A stretch of 64,000 nucleotides of DNA from an uncultured Actinomycetota bacterium (GCA_963848085.1 CAWKCE010000005.1:444407-508406); one strand, 5' to 3'; numbered from the stretch's first letter, positions 19,111 to 30,438 are shown. Notes: generated from the sequence alone by a model not told the origin. A program made the numbers and translations.

Positions 19111-20294
19111 GGCCGTGCCGGCGGGTCGGCCAGCCGCTGGCTCAGCCGGTCCCTGCCGGGGCCCGAGGCCAGCCGGCCCGACGACCACGACCACGCCGGC
19201 ACGGTCTCGACCCAGCCGCCTTGGTCGCGGGCAAGCACCGCCACCTCGGTCACGCGTCGCACGCCGTCGGCGGACCGCGACAGGTGAACGACGGCGTCGA
19301 CGGCTGCCGCCAGCTGGCTGTGGGCAGCCGCTCGATCGAGCCCGCCCGCCGCCGCCAACGCCTCAATCCGAGCCGGCAGGTCGGCGGCCCGGTTCGCGTG
19401 GACGGTCCCGCAGCCGCCTTCGTGGCCGGTGTTGAGGGCCGCCAGCAGGTCGACGACCTCGGCGCCGCGCACCTCGCCGACGACGAGCCGGTCCGGTCGC
19501 ATGCGCAGGGCCTGTCGGACCAGGTCAGTGAGCGTCACGGCACCGCGTCCCTCGGCGTTGGGCGGACGCGCCTGCATTCGCACGACGTGCGGATGCTCCG
19601 GCGACAGCTCCGCGGTGTCCTCGACGACGACCACCCGCTCCCGCGCCGGCACCTGCCCCAGCAGGGCCGACAGCAGCGTGGTCTTGCCGGTCCCGGTGCC
19701 GCCGGTGACGAGGAAGGCGGCGCGGCGGTGCACCAACGCCGGCACGACGTCGGCGAGGGCTCCAGGCAGCGAACCGGCCGCCACCAGGTCGGACACCGAG
19801 AACGGGCATCGGCGAGGAACTCGCAGGGAGACGCAGGGGCGCGCCACGACCGGAGGGAGGACGACGTGAAGCCGGATGCCCGACACGAGCCGAGCGTCGA
19901 CCCAGGGGTGCGCGTCATCCAGCGGGCGCGCGACAGCCGTCGCGAGCCGCTGCCCGAGGCGGCGGACCGCCTCGTCGTCGGGGAAGACCGTGTCGGTCAG
20001 CTCCAGTCCGTTACCCCGGTCGACCCACACCGCTTCGCAGCCGTTCACGAGGACATCGGTGACGCCCGGTTCCGCGACCAGGGGCTGCAGCGGGCCCAAC
20101 CCCTGGAGGTCACGGCGGACGTCGCGTACCAAACCGGCAACGGCGGGCTCGTCGAGGACGAGACCGAGGTCCCGGAGGGCGCCCACCACCGCGTCCCGGG
20201 ACAGCTCGACGCCATCGGCCACCAGCCGCTGTCGGACGGGTTCGACCGCGGCCGCGCGGGGCGTGCGACGGCGGGGCTCGACACTTCGCGACAC
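19107..20294 (-). CDS. tadA: TadA/CpaF pilus assembly ATPase
   Basis: VTDVLVNG, GGTGTGKTT, VEDTAEL, ALRMRPDRLVVGEVRGAE, NTGHEG. Confidence 0.94.
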   Translation of the reverse strand: MSRSVEPRRRTPRAAAVEPVRQRLVADGVELSRDAVVGALRDLGLVLDEPAVAGLVRDVRRDLQGLGPLQPLVAEPGVTDVLVNGCEAVWVDRGNGLELTDTVFPDDEAVRRLGQRLATAVARPLDDAHPWVDARLVSGIRLHVVLPPVVARPCVSLRVPRRCPFSVSDLVAAGSLPGALADVVPALVHRRAAFLVTGGTGTGKTTLLSALLGQVPARERVVVVEDTAELSPEHPHVVRMQARPPNAEGRGAVTLTDLVRQALRMRPDRLVVGEVRGAEVVDLLAALNTGHEGGCGTVHANRAADLPARIEALAAAGGLDRAAAHSQLAAAVDAVVHLSRSADGVRRVTEVAVLARDQGGWVETVPAWSWSSGRLASGPGRDRLSQRLADPPARP

Positions 20295-20298
20295 CGGC

Positions 20299-21432
20299 TC
20301 AGGACACCCGTCGGTGGTCAGGACCGGCGAGCAGCTGGCGGCAGAACCGCGCCAACCCACCGTGGGAGGCGAGCGCCGGCGGGACACCCAGCTCTTCGTC
20401 CTCGGCACGGCGCCGCTCCCGGGGCACGGCACCCACGAAGCGAGCTCCGAGTGCCTCTGCCAGGTCGAGCGGGTCGAGCCGGTCGCGACCATCGGAGCGA
20501 ACGACGAGCCTCGGGACCAGGGCCGGTTCCCCACGAGCCGGAGACTGCAGGTGTGCGACGCCAGCCAGCCCGGCGAGAAGCCGCCCAGCCGCGGCGACCG
20601 CGCGCAGCCGAGGCAGGGCGACCAGCCACAGCTCGTCCGTCAAGCCCAGCGTCGCTTCGGTGAAAGGAGAGGCCCGCCCCAGGTCGACGACCACCAGATC
20701 GCCGCCCCGACGCACCGCGGAAAGCACCGCCCGGTAGACATCGGGGTCGAGCTCGGCCGGCTCGGCGCGGTCCCAGGCGAGCACCGGCAGGCCGTCTGAT
20801 GTGGGCAGCGCCGGGACTACCGAACCGCGGGCCAGGCGGCCGGCGGTGTCAGCGAGGTCGCGCCACCGAATCCCCGGTGCGGACTCGGCCCCGAGCAGCA
20901 GGTCGATCCCGCCGCCCCACGGGTCGGCGTCGACGAGAACCGTGTCGAGACCCTGTCGGTGCGCCACCCCCGCCAGCGCTCCGGCCAGGGTGCTGGCGCC
21001 CGCGCCTCCGGGCGTGCCGGCCACGGTGACCACGCGCGACCCGACACCCGGCAGCTCCGGGTCCACCGCCTGCTCCTGCAGCCACTGCCCGAGCCACAGG
21101 TCCGCCTCCGGAAGCCGCACCACCTCCTGCGCGCCGAGCCGTAGCGCCGCCCGCCACCCGTCGGGGCCGAGTTCGCCACCCGCGTCCGGTTGGACCACCA
21201 CGATCCCCGAGCGATGGGACAGCCCGGCCCCGACGCAGCGCCCGGCGAAGCGAGCGTCGACCAGCACGGCCGACGCCACCGACCATCGCGCTCTGGCCCC
21301 CTCGGGATCCGGCGCCACGTCCGGGTCCAGACCGAGGCGGGCTGTGACCCCGAGCAGATGGTCGAGCAGCCACTCGTCGTCGGTGACGAGCAAGGGGCGG
21401 TTCGGCACGTGGGCTCCGGCGGCGAGTGGCAT
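20299..21432 (-). CDS. ssd: Septum site-determining protein Ssd (CpaE/TadZ-like)
   Basis: RPLLVTDD, GTPGGAGAST, LVDADPWGGGIDLLLGAE, GIRWRDL, LVVVDL. Confidence 0.9.
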   Translation of the reverse strand: MPLAAGAHVPNRPLLVTDDEWLLDHLLGVTARLGLDPDVAPDPEGARARWSVASAVLVDARFAGRCVGAGLSHRSGIVVVQPDAGGELGPDGWRAALRLGAQEVVRLPEADLWLGQWLQEQAVDPELPGVGSRVVTVAGTPGGAGASTLAGALAGVAHRQGLDTVLVDADPWGGGIDLLLGAESAPGIRWRDLADTAGRLARGSVVPALPTSDGLPVLAWDRAEPAELDPDVYRAVLSAVRRGGDLVVVDLGRASPFTEATLGLTDELWLVALPRLRAVAAAGRLLAGLAGVAHLQSPARGEPALVPRLVVRSDGRDRLDPLDLAEALGARFVGAVPRERRRAEDEELGVPPALASHGGLARFCRQLLAGPDHRRVS

Positions 21433-21556
21433 CACGGGAGACCGAGCCTGCGCCCCGGGCGTCGGGTCGGCCCGCCGCGGTGGCCCGGCTGGGGACAACG
21501 AGCGGGCGGCTGCCGGTTGTGGACGACCGACGTGCTGCCCACCTGCCGTACAACGA

Positions 21557-21642
21557 GGCAACCCCCGTCGGGGGGTGACGGGGGCTGCCGGCGCTTGACC
21601 CGGGGGGATGGACCAAGCGCGATCTGGGCCACAAGGACCAGA
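21557..21642 (-). ncRNA. 6C RNA (B11-like)
   Basis: Minus strand has two hairpins with C6 loops: GCGCTTG-GTCCATCCCCCCGGGT-CAAGCGC and GGCAGCCCCCGTC-ACCCCCC-GACGGGGGTTGCC. Located between ssd and the HAD gene, as for mycobacterial B11. Confidence 0.9.
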
Positions 21643-21769
21643 TGCCTACATCGTGTACCTGCCCGGCTACGCAGTGCAAACACATCCGGCCATCCGGGCA
21701 CCCCTCGCCGCAGGACCACCCGGACGGGCCAATCGGAGGAAACCGCCCCGCCACCCGTATCCTCACCAC

Positions 21770-22579
21770 GTGGCCAACGCCCGCAGCGCGGCATTCTTCG
21801 ACCTGGACAAAACGGTCATCGCCAAGTCCAGTTCGCTGGCGTTCTCCCGACCCTTCTACCGGGGCGGACTGATCAACCGGCGGGCAGTTCTCCGCAGCGG
21901 CTACGCGCAGTTCGTCTACCTGGCTGGCGGGGCTGACCACGACCAGATGGAGCGCATGCGCGCGTACCTGCAGGAGCTGTGCGCGGGCTGGCCGGTCAAC
22001 CAGGTCCAAGAGATCGTCGCCGAGACCCTGCACGCCCTGATCGACCCGATCGTCTTCGAGGAGGCCGTGGCCCTGATCGAGGACCACCACGCCGCCGGCC
22101 GCGACGTCGTGATCGTGAGCTCGTCCGGGGAGGAGGTCGTGGGGCCCATCGGCGCCATGCTCGGCGCCGACGCCGTCGTTGCCACCCGGATGGTTGTCGC
22201 GGACGGCCGCTACACCGGGGAGATCGAGTACTACGCCTACGGCCCCACCAAGGCGGAGGCTCTCCTGGCACTGGCCGACGAACACGGGTACGACCTGGAC
22301 GCCAGCTTCGCCTACAGCGACTCGCACACCGACCTTCCGATGCTGACTGCGGTGGGGAACCCGGTCGCCGTCAACCCCGACCGGGCGTTGCGCCGCGAGG
22401 CGCAGGAGCGCGGATGGCCAGTCCTCACGTTCACCACTCCCGTCGCCATGCGCCGCCGGATGCCGAAGGTCAACGACCTTCCGCCGCGGCAGCGCCTGGC
22501 AGCGGCTGCGATCGCAGGAACGGCCGTCGTCGTGGTCGTCTGGTACGCATCGCGTCGTCGCAGCGCTGTGATCGCCTGA
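21770..22579 (+). CDS. HAD-IB family hydrolase (Rv3661/CicA-like)
   Basis: AAFFDLDKTVIAKSS, IVSSSG, YSDSHTDLPML, AVNPD; likely leaderless GTG. Confidence 0.93.
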   Translation: MANARSAAFFDLDKTVIAKSSSLAFSRPFYRGGLINRRAVLRSGYAQFVYLAGGADHDQMERMRAYLQELCAGWPVNQVQEIVAETLHALIDPIVFEEAVALIEDHHAAGRDVVIVSSSGEEVVGPIGAMLGADAVVATRMVVADGRYTGEIEYYAYGPTKAEALLALADEHGYDLDASFAYSDSHTDLPMLTAVGNPVAVNPDRALRREAQERGWPVLTFTTPVAMRRRMPKVNDLPPRQRLAAAAIAGTAVVVVVWYASRRRSAVIA

Positions 22580-22585
22580 CCAGCG

Positions 22586-23299
22586 TCACGAGAGCTCGGC
22601 ACAGATCTGGCGGCCGACGGTTGCTCCGCCCTGCACCGCCGCCGCCACGAAGGTGACCCACTCGCCCACACCGGTTGGCGAGCCGGAGGCGAACGCCGCG
22701 GCAGCCTGGCGGTAGCGGTCGGCCCCCAGGCGCAACAGGCCCTCCTCGGGGACGGTCAGCGCGTCCGGGTCGACCCCGCGCTGGACCAGGACCAGCCGCT
22801 GAGCCGCCCGGGCGACCAGGCCGTTCGCGTACTCGAACGGAGCCAGGGCGAGGAGCTCACCGTGCACCACGGCCGCGACAACGACGCCGGGTGCTCGCGT
22901 GGCGGTCACGGTGGCGGACAGCTGGGCCAACCGCGCGGATGTGTCCGGGTCGTCGTCGGGGCGGCCCAGGGCGTGGTCGGGCACCCCCCCGGCGGCCGCC
23001 AGGGTGTGCAGCCGAGCCAGCGCCTGCAGCGGCGCCCGACCCCAGACCTGAGACATCCCGCGCACCTCGCGCAGCATCCGCAGGGCGCCGGGCGATGCGT
23101 CGCCGGGGAAGCTCGCCCCGTCACCAGCCAGGGCGGTCGTCGCCACGGCCGCCCGCCGCAGGGCCTCGGTCCGGACCTCTCGGCGACGCGTCTGCAGAAC
23201 CCGCTCCTTGAGCAACCGGTCCACGGCGGCGCGCGAAGCGTCCACGGCCTCCCGGACTCCCGGCAGCTCGAGCAGCGGGGCGAGCGGGTCGTCGGTCAC
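22586..23299 (-). CDS. Fic-like protein with degenerate motif (Rv3662c-like)
   Basis: [43 protein letters not shown] (catalytic His absent). Confidence 0.85.
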   Translation of the reverse strand: MTDDPLAPLLELPGVREAVDASRAAVDRLLKERVLQTRRREVRTEALRRAAVATTALAGDGASFPGDASPGALRMLREVRGMSQVWGRAPLQALARLHTLAAAGGVPDHALGRPDDDPDTSARLAQLSATVTATRAPGVVVAAVVHGELLALAPFEYANGLVARAAQRLVLVQRGVDPDALTVPEEGLLRLGADRYRQAAAAFASGSPTGVGEWVTFVAAAVQGGATVGRQICAELS

Positions 23300-23447
23300 C
23301 GCAGCAGCGTCGCACCGCCGTACTCGTTGGTGCACGCGGGGTCGCCCGCCGACCCCTCCCCCCGGCGGGAGTGCTCCAGTACGTTCGACCCTGACGGTGC
23401 GCGAGGGCGCCGAGCCAGGCGACCGCCGACATGAAGGAGTGGCTGCT

Positions 23448-25424
<1,977 letters not shown>

Positions 25425-25429
25425 TCCCT

Positions 25430-25509
25430 ACGCCAGGCCGCCACGCTCACCCCGCCGCCCGCGGGAGGGTGGCGGCCTGGCGTTGGTTTCAGCAGGGACC
25501 GGGGGAGGG
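25430..25509. repeat. 80-bp direct repeat, left copy (REP/BIME-like)
   Basis: 78/80 identical to 27581-27660. Confidence 0.95.
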
Positions 25510-25527
25510 CTGCGGCCCGGAGAGGAA

Positions 25528-26958
25528 TTACGCGGTGCGTCGCCGGCCGCGGCGACCGGCGACGACTGCTGCCCGCACCCCGGCGATAGCCAGACCGGCC
25601 AGCACCAGCCAGACCCAGTGGTCCCAGAGCCAGGGACCGCCGGTGCGCGGGTCGTACCAGGGCTGGTTCGGCGGGCCGGCGTCCCGGACCTGACCACTGG
25701 CAAGGACATCGGCCGCCACCCGGGCGGTCATGTAGAACGAGCTCCCCTGCCCCAGGTCCGCCGCCGTCAGCGCCGTCACGCCCCCGGTGCTACCGGCCGC
25801 CGGATAGGCAACGAGTTGGCCCACGTAGTCGGCGCCGGAGGTCGAAGGGCTGGCCGCCCGCGGGCCCCTCAGCTCACTGAGTACGGGCGTCGAGCTGTCC
25901 CGCCAGCCCACGACCTCGGAGCCCACTCCCCCCGGTCCCAACTGGGTGCGTGAAAGGAGGCTTCCGTCGCTGACCGACCACACGGCGAGAGCACGCGGCT
26001 CGGTGATCCCGGCCTGGTTGTCGCCGTTGGGGTCGAGCAGCCCCGCGAGGCGACTGCCGTCCGGGGAGAGTGCCCACGGCGACAGCCAGGTGTTGGTCGG
26101 CGTGGCCACAGCACCCAGCCGGCGGGCGCCGTCCTCGCCGATCGCAGCCAGTTCGATATCTGCGACTCCGGCGAGCGTACGACCCACGACGACCTCTCCG
26201 GTCGGGAGCCAGCCGAGCACCTGTTCGCCGTCCCACCGCGACTCGGGCAGCAGCCGCCCCGAAGCAGCCCTCGGATCGACCACGAACATCCGCGCGAGGG
26301 AGATCTCCGCGCCACCGTCCCGGCTTGTCACCACCTCCACCTGCCCGACTAGGAGGGCGCCGTCCGACGACCAGCGCACCGACTTGACCTCGCCCCCAAG
26401 CGGGGCTTCCGGCACCGGAATCCACCGGTTCCCCCCGTCGACCGCCGAGACCAGCTCGACGCCGAGGTCTCCCTGGCCGGCGCCACCACCCCCGATCGCG
26501 ACCGTCAGGCCGTCGGGCGAGAGGTCGACGCCGCTGTTGGACCCGCTGCCAGTCGTCACCGGCGCGACGAAGCGGTACTCGTCGCTGTCGGCGCCTACGG
26601 CCATCCACGACGTCGCACCGTTCACGATCGGCCCCGAGTACACCAGAGCCACCCGGCCGATCGGAGCCTGTTTCAGCGAGAGCACCTGCTCGCGGGACGG
26701 GTAGATCTGGTCGGGCAGCGAGCCCGGTCCGCCGGCCGGGTCGACGGGGGACGTCCGAACCATCACGGCGATTGACATGACCGCCAGAACCATCGCGACG
26801 GCCGCTGCCGACCCGGCGACCGTCCACGCCTGGCGCCGGCGGCGGCCCGCTTCCGCCCGTGCGGCGTGCCCCAGCACGACGGTCCGCGTCGCTGAGTGCT
26901 CACCCGCCCCCATCTGGGCAACGTCGTGCAGCGCCTCGCGCAGGCTCGGTCCGGTCAT
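25528..26958 (-). CDS. Putative anti-sigma membrane protein with beta-propeller-like extracytoplasmic domain
   Basis: Overlaps the sigma stop; LREALHDVA N-terminus, TM helix, LSPDG/WSSDG/LSPDG repeats, second TM plus basic tail. Confidence 0.7.
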   Translation of the reverse strand: MTGPSLREALHDVAQMGAGEHSATRTVVLGHAARAEAGRRRRQAWTVAGSAAAVAMVLAVMSIAVMVRTSPVDPAGGPGSLPDQIYPSREQVLSLKQAPIGRVALVYSGPIVNGATSWMAVGADSDEYRFVAPVTTGSGSNSGVDLSPDGLTVAIGGGGAGQGDLGVELVSAVDGGNRWIPVPEAPLGGEVKSVRWSSDGALLVGQVEVVTSRDGGAEISLARMFVVDPRAASGRLLPESRWDGEQVLGWLPTGEVVVGRTLAGVADIELAAIGEDGARRLGAVATPTNTWLSPWALSPDGSRLAGLLDPNGDNQAGITEPRALAVWSVSDGSLLSRTQLGPGGVGSEVVGWRDSSTPVLSELRGPRAASPSTSGADYVGQLVAYPAAGSTGGVTALTAADLGQGSSFYMTARVAADVLASGQVRDAGPPNQPWYDPRTGGPWLWDHWVWLVLAGLAIAGVRAAVVAGRRGRRRTA

Positions 26959-27473
26959 TGCGCGGCCTCCTCAACTTCCACGCCGCCACACAGAGCGGTC
27001 AGCTCCGGAGCGACTTGGCGAAGCCGTCCCAGCGCACGGTGCACCTGCGACTTGACCGTCCCCACCGAGCACCCGAGCGCGTGCGCCGCTTGCTGCTCGG
27101 TGAGGTCGTCGTAGAACCTCAGGACCAGCACCGCTCGCTGCTTCGGCGTCAGCTGCCGCAGCGCAGCATCGAGCACCAGGCGCTGGTCGAGGTCGCCACG
27201 CCCGTCGGCCACCCGCTCCGGAACCTGCTCCATGACGACCTCCGCAACCTTGCGCCGCCGCCACCACGAGACGTTCTCCCGCACCATCGCCTGCCTCACG
27301 TACGCCTCAGGCGACCCGCTGCGCACCCGGGGCCAGTGACGGGCGGTACTCGCCAACGACGTCTGCACCAGGTCCTCGGCCAACTGCCGGTCGCCGGTGA
27401 GCAGGTAGGCGGTACGCAGCAGCGCCGGTCCCCGCGCGACGACGAACGCGTCGAACCCCTCGTACCGGTCCAC
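26955..27473 (-). CDS. ECF RNA polymerase sigma factor (actinobacterial SigE-like family)
   Basis: FDAFVVARGPALLRTAYLLTGD, AEDLVQ, LTPKQRAVLVLRFYDDLTE, SVGTVKSQVHRAL. Confidence 0.93.
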   Translation of the reverse strand: MDRYEGFDAFVVARGPALLRTAYLLTGDRQLAEDLVQTSLASTARHWPRVRSGSPEAYVRQAMVRENVSWWRRRKVAEVVMEQVPERVADGRGDLDQRLVLDAALRQLTPKQRAVLVLRFYDDLTEQQAAHALGCSVGTVKSQVHRALGRLRQVAPELTALCGGVEVEEAAQ

Positions 27474-27573
27474 TGCTCACCCCCTCACCTGTGGAAACGC
27501 TCAACTGGCTGCAGAAGGTTGTCACGGTCCCGCGACTTCCTGGATCGACGCTTGGGTACGAGCAGGACAGTCC

Positions 27574-27681
27574 GAAACCAACGCCGGGCCGCCACGCTTA
27601 CCCCGCCGCCCGCGGGAGGGTGGCGGCCTGGCGTTGGTTTCAGCAGGGACCGGGGGAGGGTGGCGGTGTGGCGTTGGTTTC
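27574..27681. repeat. REP/BIME-like cluster including the right copy of the 80-bp repeat
   Basis: 26-bp unit gagggtggcggcctggcgttggtttc, inverted at 27574-27599 and direct at 27616-27641 and 27656-27681. Confidence 0.93.
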
Positions 27682-27734
27682 CGGGGTGGTGACCGGAGAG
27701 GCGCGGTCAGACCAGGGTTCATAGGGTGGGCCGG

Positions 27735-29027
27735 GTGACCCCGCCGTCCCCGACCTCCCCACCGCAGCCGCCGAGCGGTCCGCGTCAGGTGCTGCTGGCC
27801 CGCCTGCCGCTCAGCGAGAGCCGCTTCCTCGCCGACGCACTGCGCCAGGAGACGGTTGGAGGCGCCCTCCTTCTCCTCGGAGCGATCGCCGGCATCGTGC
27901 TGGCGAACTCCCCTGCCCAGGACTGGTACTTCGAGCTGCGCGACACCGTCATCGGGCCGGCGTCACTCAACCTCGACCTGACCGTCGAGACCTGGGCCAA
28001 GGACGGTCTGCTCGCCATCTTCTTCTTCGTCGCCGGCCTGGAGCTCAAGCGTGAGCTAGTCGTCGGTAACCTCCGCGACCCCGCCCAAGCCGTCCTGCCC
28101 ATCGTCGCCGCCCTCGGCGGGATGGTGGTGCCCGCCCTGGTCTTCCTGGTCGTCGCCGCCCGCACCGACGGGGCCGCCGCCGGCTGGGCCGTCCCAATGG
28201 CCACCGACATCGCCTTCGCCCTCGCCGTGCTCGCCGTCGTCGGCTCCCACCTTCCGGCGTCACTGCGTGCCTTCCTGCTCACGCTTGCTGTCGTGGACGA
28301 CATGGGCGCCATCACGGTCATCGCGATCTTCTACACCGACTCCTTCCACCTGGCGGCCTTCCTGGCTGCGCTCGGCCTGCTGGCCGTCTATGCCTACGTG
28401 CAGCACCGGCGGGTCCACGTCTGGTGGGTGTACCTCCCCATCGCCCTGCTCACGTGGTACGCCATGCACGAGGCCGGCATCCACGCCACCGTCGCCGGGG
28501 TCCTGCTCGGCCTGCTCACCCGCGTGCGGCCGGACCCGGGTGAGGACCACTCCCCGGCCGAGGACCTGGAGCACCGTGTCCGCCCGCTGTCGGCCGGCGT
28601 CGCGGTGCCGGTGTTCGCGTTCCTGGCCGCCGGCGTGGTCCTGAACCGGGACGCGTTCGGAGCGGCGATCAGTGACGCCGCAGCCGTTGGTGTCGTCGCG
28701 GGCCTGGTCGTCGGCAAGTTCGTCGGTGTGTTCGGCGGCTCATGGCTCACCGCACGCTTCACCCGGGCTGAGCTCGACACCGACCTGTCCTGGACCGACA
28801 TGGCGGGGTTGGCCCTTCTGTCGGGTATCGGGTTCACCGTCTCCCTGCTCATCACCGAGCTCGCCTTCGTCGACCAGCTCGCCCGCGCTGAGCACGTGAA
28901 GGCCGGAGTCCTCATCGGCTCGGTGCTGGCCGCCGTCCTGGCGGCGGTGATCCTGAAGAGACGCGACCGCGTCTACCGGCGCCTCGAGGCCGACAACCGG
29001 CCGGACCTCGACGCGCAAACCGGCTGA
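27735..29027 (+). CDS. nhaA: Na+/H+ antiporter NhaA
   Basis: DGLLAIFFFVAGLELKRE, GWAVPMATDIAF, LAVVDD, GIHATVAG, GIGFTVSL. Confidence 0.96.
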   Translation: MTPPSPTSPPQPPSGPRQVLLARLPLSESRFLADALRQETVGGALLLLGAIAGIVLANSPAQDWYFELRDTVIGPASLNLDLTVETWAKDGLLAIFFFVAGLELKRELVVGNLRDPAQAVLPIVAALGGMVVPALVFLVVAARTDGAAAGWAVPMATDIAFALAVLAVVGSHLPASLRAFLLTLAVVDDMGAITVIAIFYTDSFHLAAFLAALGLLAVYAYVQHRRVHVWWVYLPIALLTWYAMHEAGIHATVAGVLLGLLTRVRPDPGEDHSPAEDLEHRVRPLSAGVAVPVFAFLAAGVVLNRDAFGAAISDAAAVGVVAGLVVGKFVGVFGGSWLTARFTRAELDTDLSWTDMAGLALLSGIGFTVSLLITELAFVDQLARAEHVKAGVLIGSVLAAVLAAVILKRRDRVYRRLEADNRPDLDAQTG

Positions 29028-29095
29028 TCAGTGGGGCGGGGCTCGATCCGGCCGAGCGGATCGGCCAGGATGGGGCGCAGACCCGAGGAGGACCC

Positions 29096-29533
29096 ATGAC
29101 CACCACCGACCAGCGGGCCGAGTCCGACGAGCGGCCGACCCTCGGTGCGCTCGTCGCCATGATCACGCGCGAGCTGAGCCTGCTCGTCCGCGGTGAGATC
29201 GACCTGGCCAAGGCCGAGATGAAGCGCTCGGCACGCAACGGCGCGCTGGGTGGCGGCCTGCTCGCAGCTGCCGCTGCCTTGCTGGTCATGGTCGGTCTGC
29301 TCGTGACCTGGGCCGCGGTGTACGGGCTTGCCGCCGGCACCGGCCTGCCGTTGTGGGGGTCATTCCTGATCGTCGCGGGTTTCTACCTGATCATCGCCGT
29401 CGTTCTGGGCCTGGTGGGCGTGCTGTCGCTGAAGAAGGCCAAGGGGCCCGAGCAGGCCGTCGCCGAGATGCAGCGCACGAAGGAGATCCTTCAGGGCGTG
29501 GTGCCCGCCTCCGCGCCCCCTCCGAACCCGTGA
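29096..29533 (+). CDS. Actinobacterial 'phage holin family' membrane protein (Rv3669-like)
   Basis: LSLLVRGEIDLAKAEM, two TM helices, conserved position. Confidence 0.85.
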   Translation: MTTTDQRAESDERPTLGALVAMITRELSLLVRGEIDLAKAEMKRSARNGALGGGLLAAAAALLVMVGLLVTWAAVYGLAAGTGLPLWGSFLIVAGFYLIIAVVLGLVGVLSLKKAKGPEQAVAEMQRTKEILQGVVPASAPPPNP

Positions 29534-30438
29534 CCGAAAGCATCGAGGTCCCCGGACCCTGGCAGCACCGCCAGGTGACGGCACGCGGCACGCGGTTCCA
29601 TGTGGCCGAAGCCGGCGACGGCCCACTCGTGCTCTTCCTCCACGGGTTCCCCGAATTCTGGTGGGCCTGGCGACACCAACTGCCCGCGTTCGCGGCGTCG
29701 GGCTACCGCGCCGTCGCCGTCGACCTGCGAGGGGTGGGCGCCAGCGACCACCCGCCCCGTGGCTACGACATCCCGTCGCTCGCCGACGACATTGCCGGCG
29801 TGATCCGGGCGCTCGGAGCCGAGGACGCCGTCGTCGTCGGACACGACTGGGGCGGGCTCCTCGGCTGGACGCTGGGGAGCCAGCACCCGGAGCTTGTCCG
29901 ACGGCTGGTCGTGCTGTCGGCGGCGCACCCGCGACGGCTGCGCACGGCCACACTGACCAGTCCGGGCCAGCTCCTCGCCTCGCGGTACGCGCTGCGGATG
30001 CAGCTCCCCTGGCTGCCGGAGCGCCGTATGGCGAACGACTCGGGCAGCTACGTCGGGGACCTGCTCCGGGCCTGGAGCGCGCCCGGCTGGCCGGACGAGG
30101 AGACCGCCGACCGCTACCGAGCGGCGATGCAGGTCGGCAACACCGCCTACTGCTTCACCGAGTACCACCGCTGGGCCGTCCGGTCGCTGGTCCGCGTCGA
30201 CGGGCTCAGCTTCGCCCGCCGGATGCGCGCGCCCGTCGCAGCACCTGTGCTGCAGATCCACGGCGCCCTCGACCCCTGCGTCCTCCCGGCGACCGCAGCC
30301 GGCGACAGCGCATTCGTCAGCGGTTCGTACCGCTGGCACGAGCTACCGGACGTCGGTCACTTCCCGCACGAGGAGGCACCCGCTACGGTCAACTCCCTGG
30401 TGACCACGTGGCTGGACGAGGTGGAGCCCGCACTATGA
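29530..30438 (+). CDS. Alpha/beta hydrolase (epoxide hydrolase-like)
   Basis: LHGFPEFWWAWRHQ, DLRG, GHDWGG, GHFPHEE. Confidence 0.92.
   Translation: MTESIEVPGPWQHRQVTARGTRFHVAEAGDGPLVLFLHGFPEFWWAWRHQLPAFAASGYRAVAVDLRGVGASDHPPRGYDIPSLADDIAGVIRALGAEDAVVVGHDWGGLLGWTLGSQHPELVRRLVVLSAAHPRRLRTATLTSPGQLLASRYALRMQLPWLPERRMANDSGSYVGDLLRAWSAPGWPDEETADRYRAAMQVGNTAYCFTEYHRWAVRSLVRVDGLSFARRMRAPVAAPVLQIHGALDPCVLPATAAGDSAFVSGSYRWHELPDVGHFPHEEAPATVNSLVTTWLDEVEPAL

Noticed and set aside
16263-21432. Tad locus as conjugation machinery
   Set aside because: Standard chromosomal Flp/Tad cluster; no relaxase, coupling protein or VirB4.
22586-23299. Fic protein as a toxin-antitoxin toxin
   Set aside because: Catalytic His motif is degenerate and the gene is in conserved synteny.
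27574-27681. 26-bp repeats as a mini-CRISPR
   Set aside because: Mixed orientation, 14-16 bp spacers that are the same at both loci, and no cas genes.
29096-29533. Holin as prophage evidence
   Set aside because: Conserved chromosomal membrane protein in core synteny; no phage genes around it.
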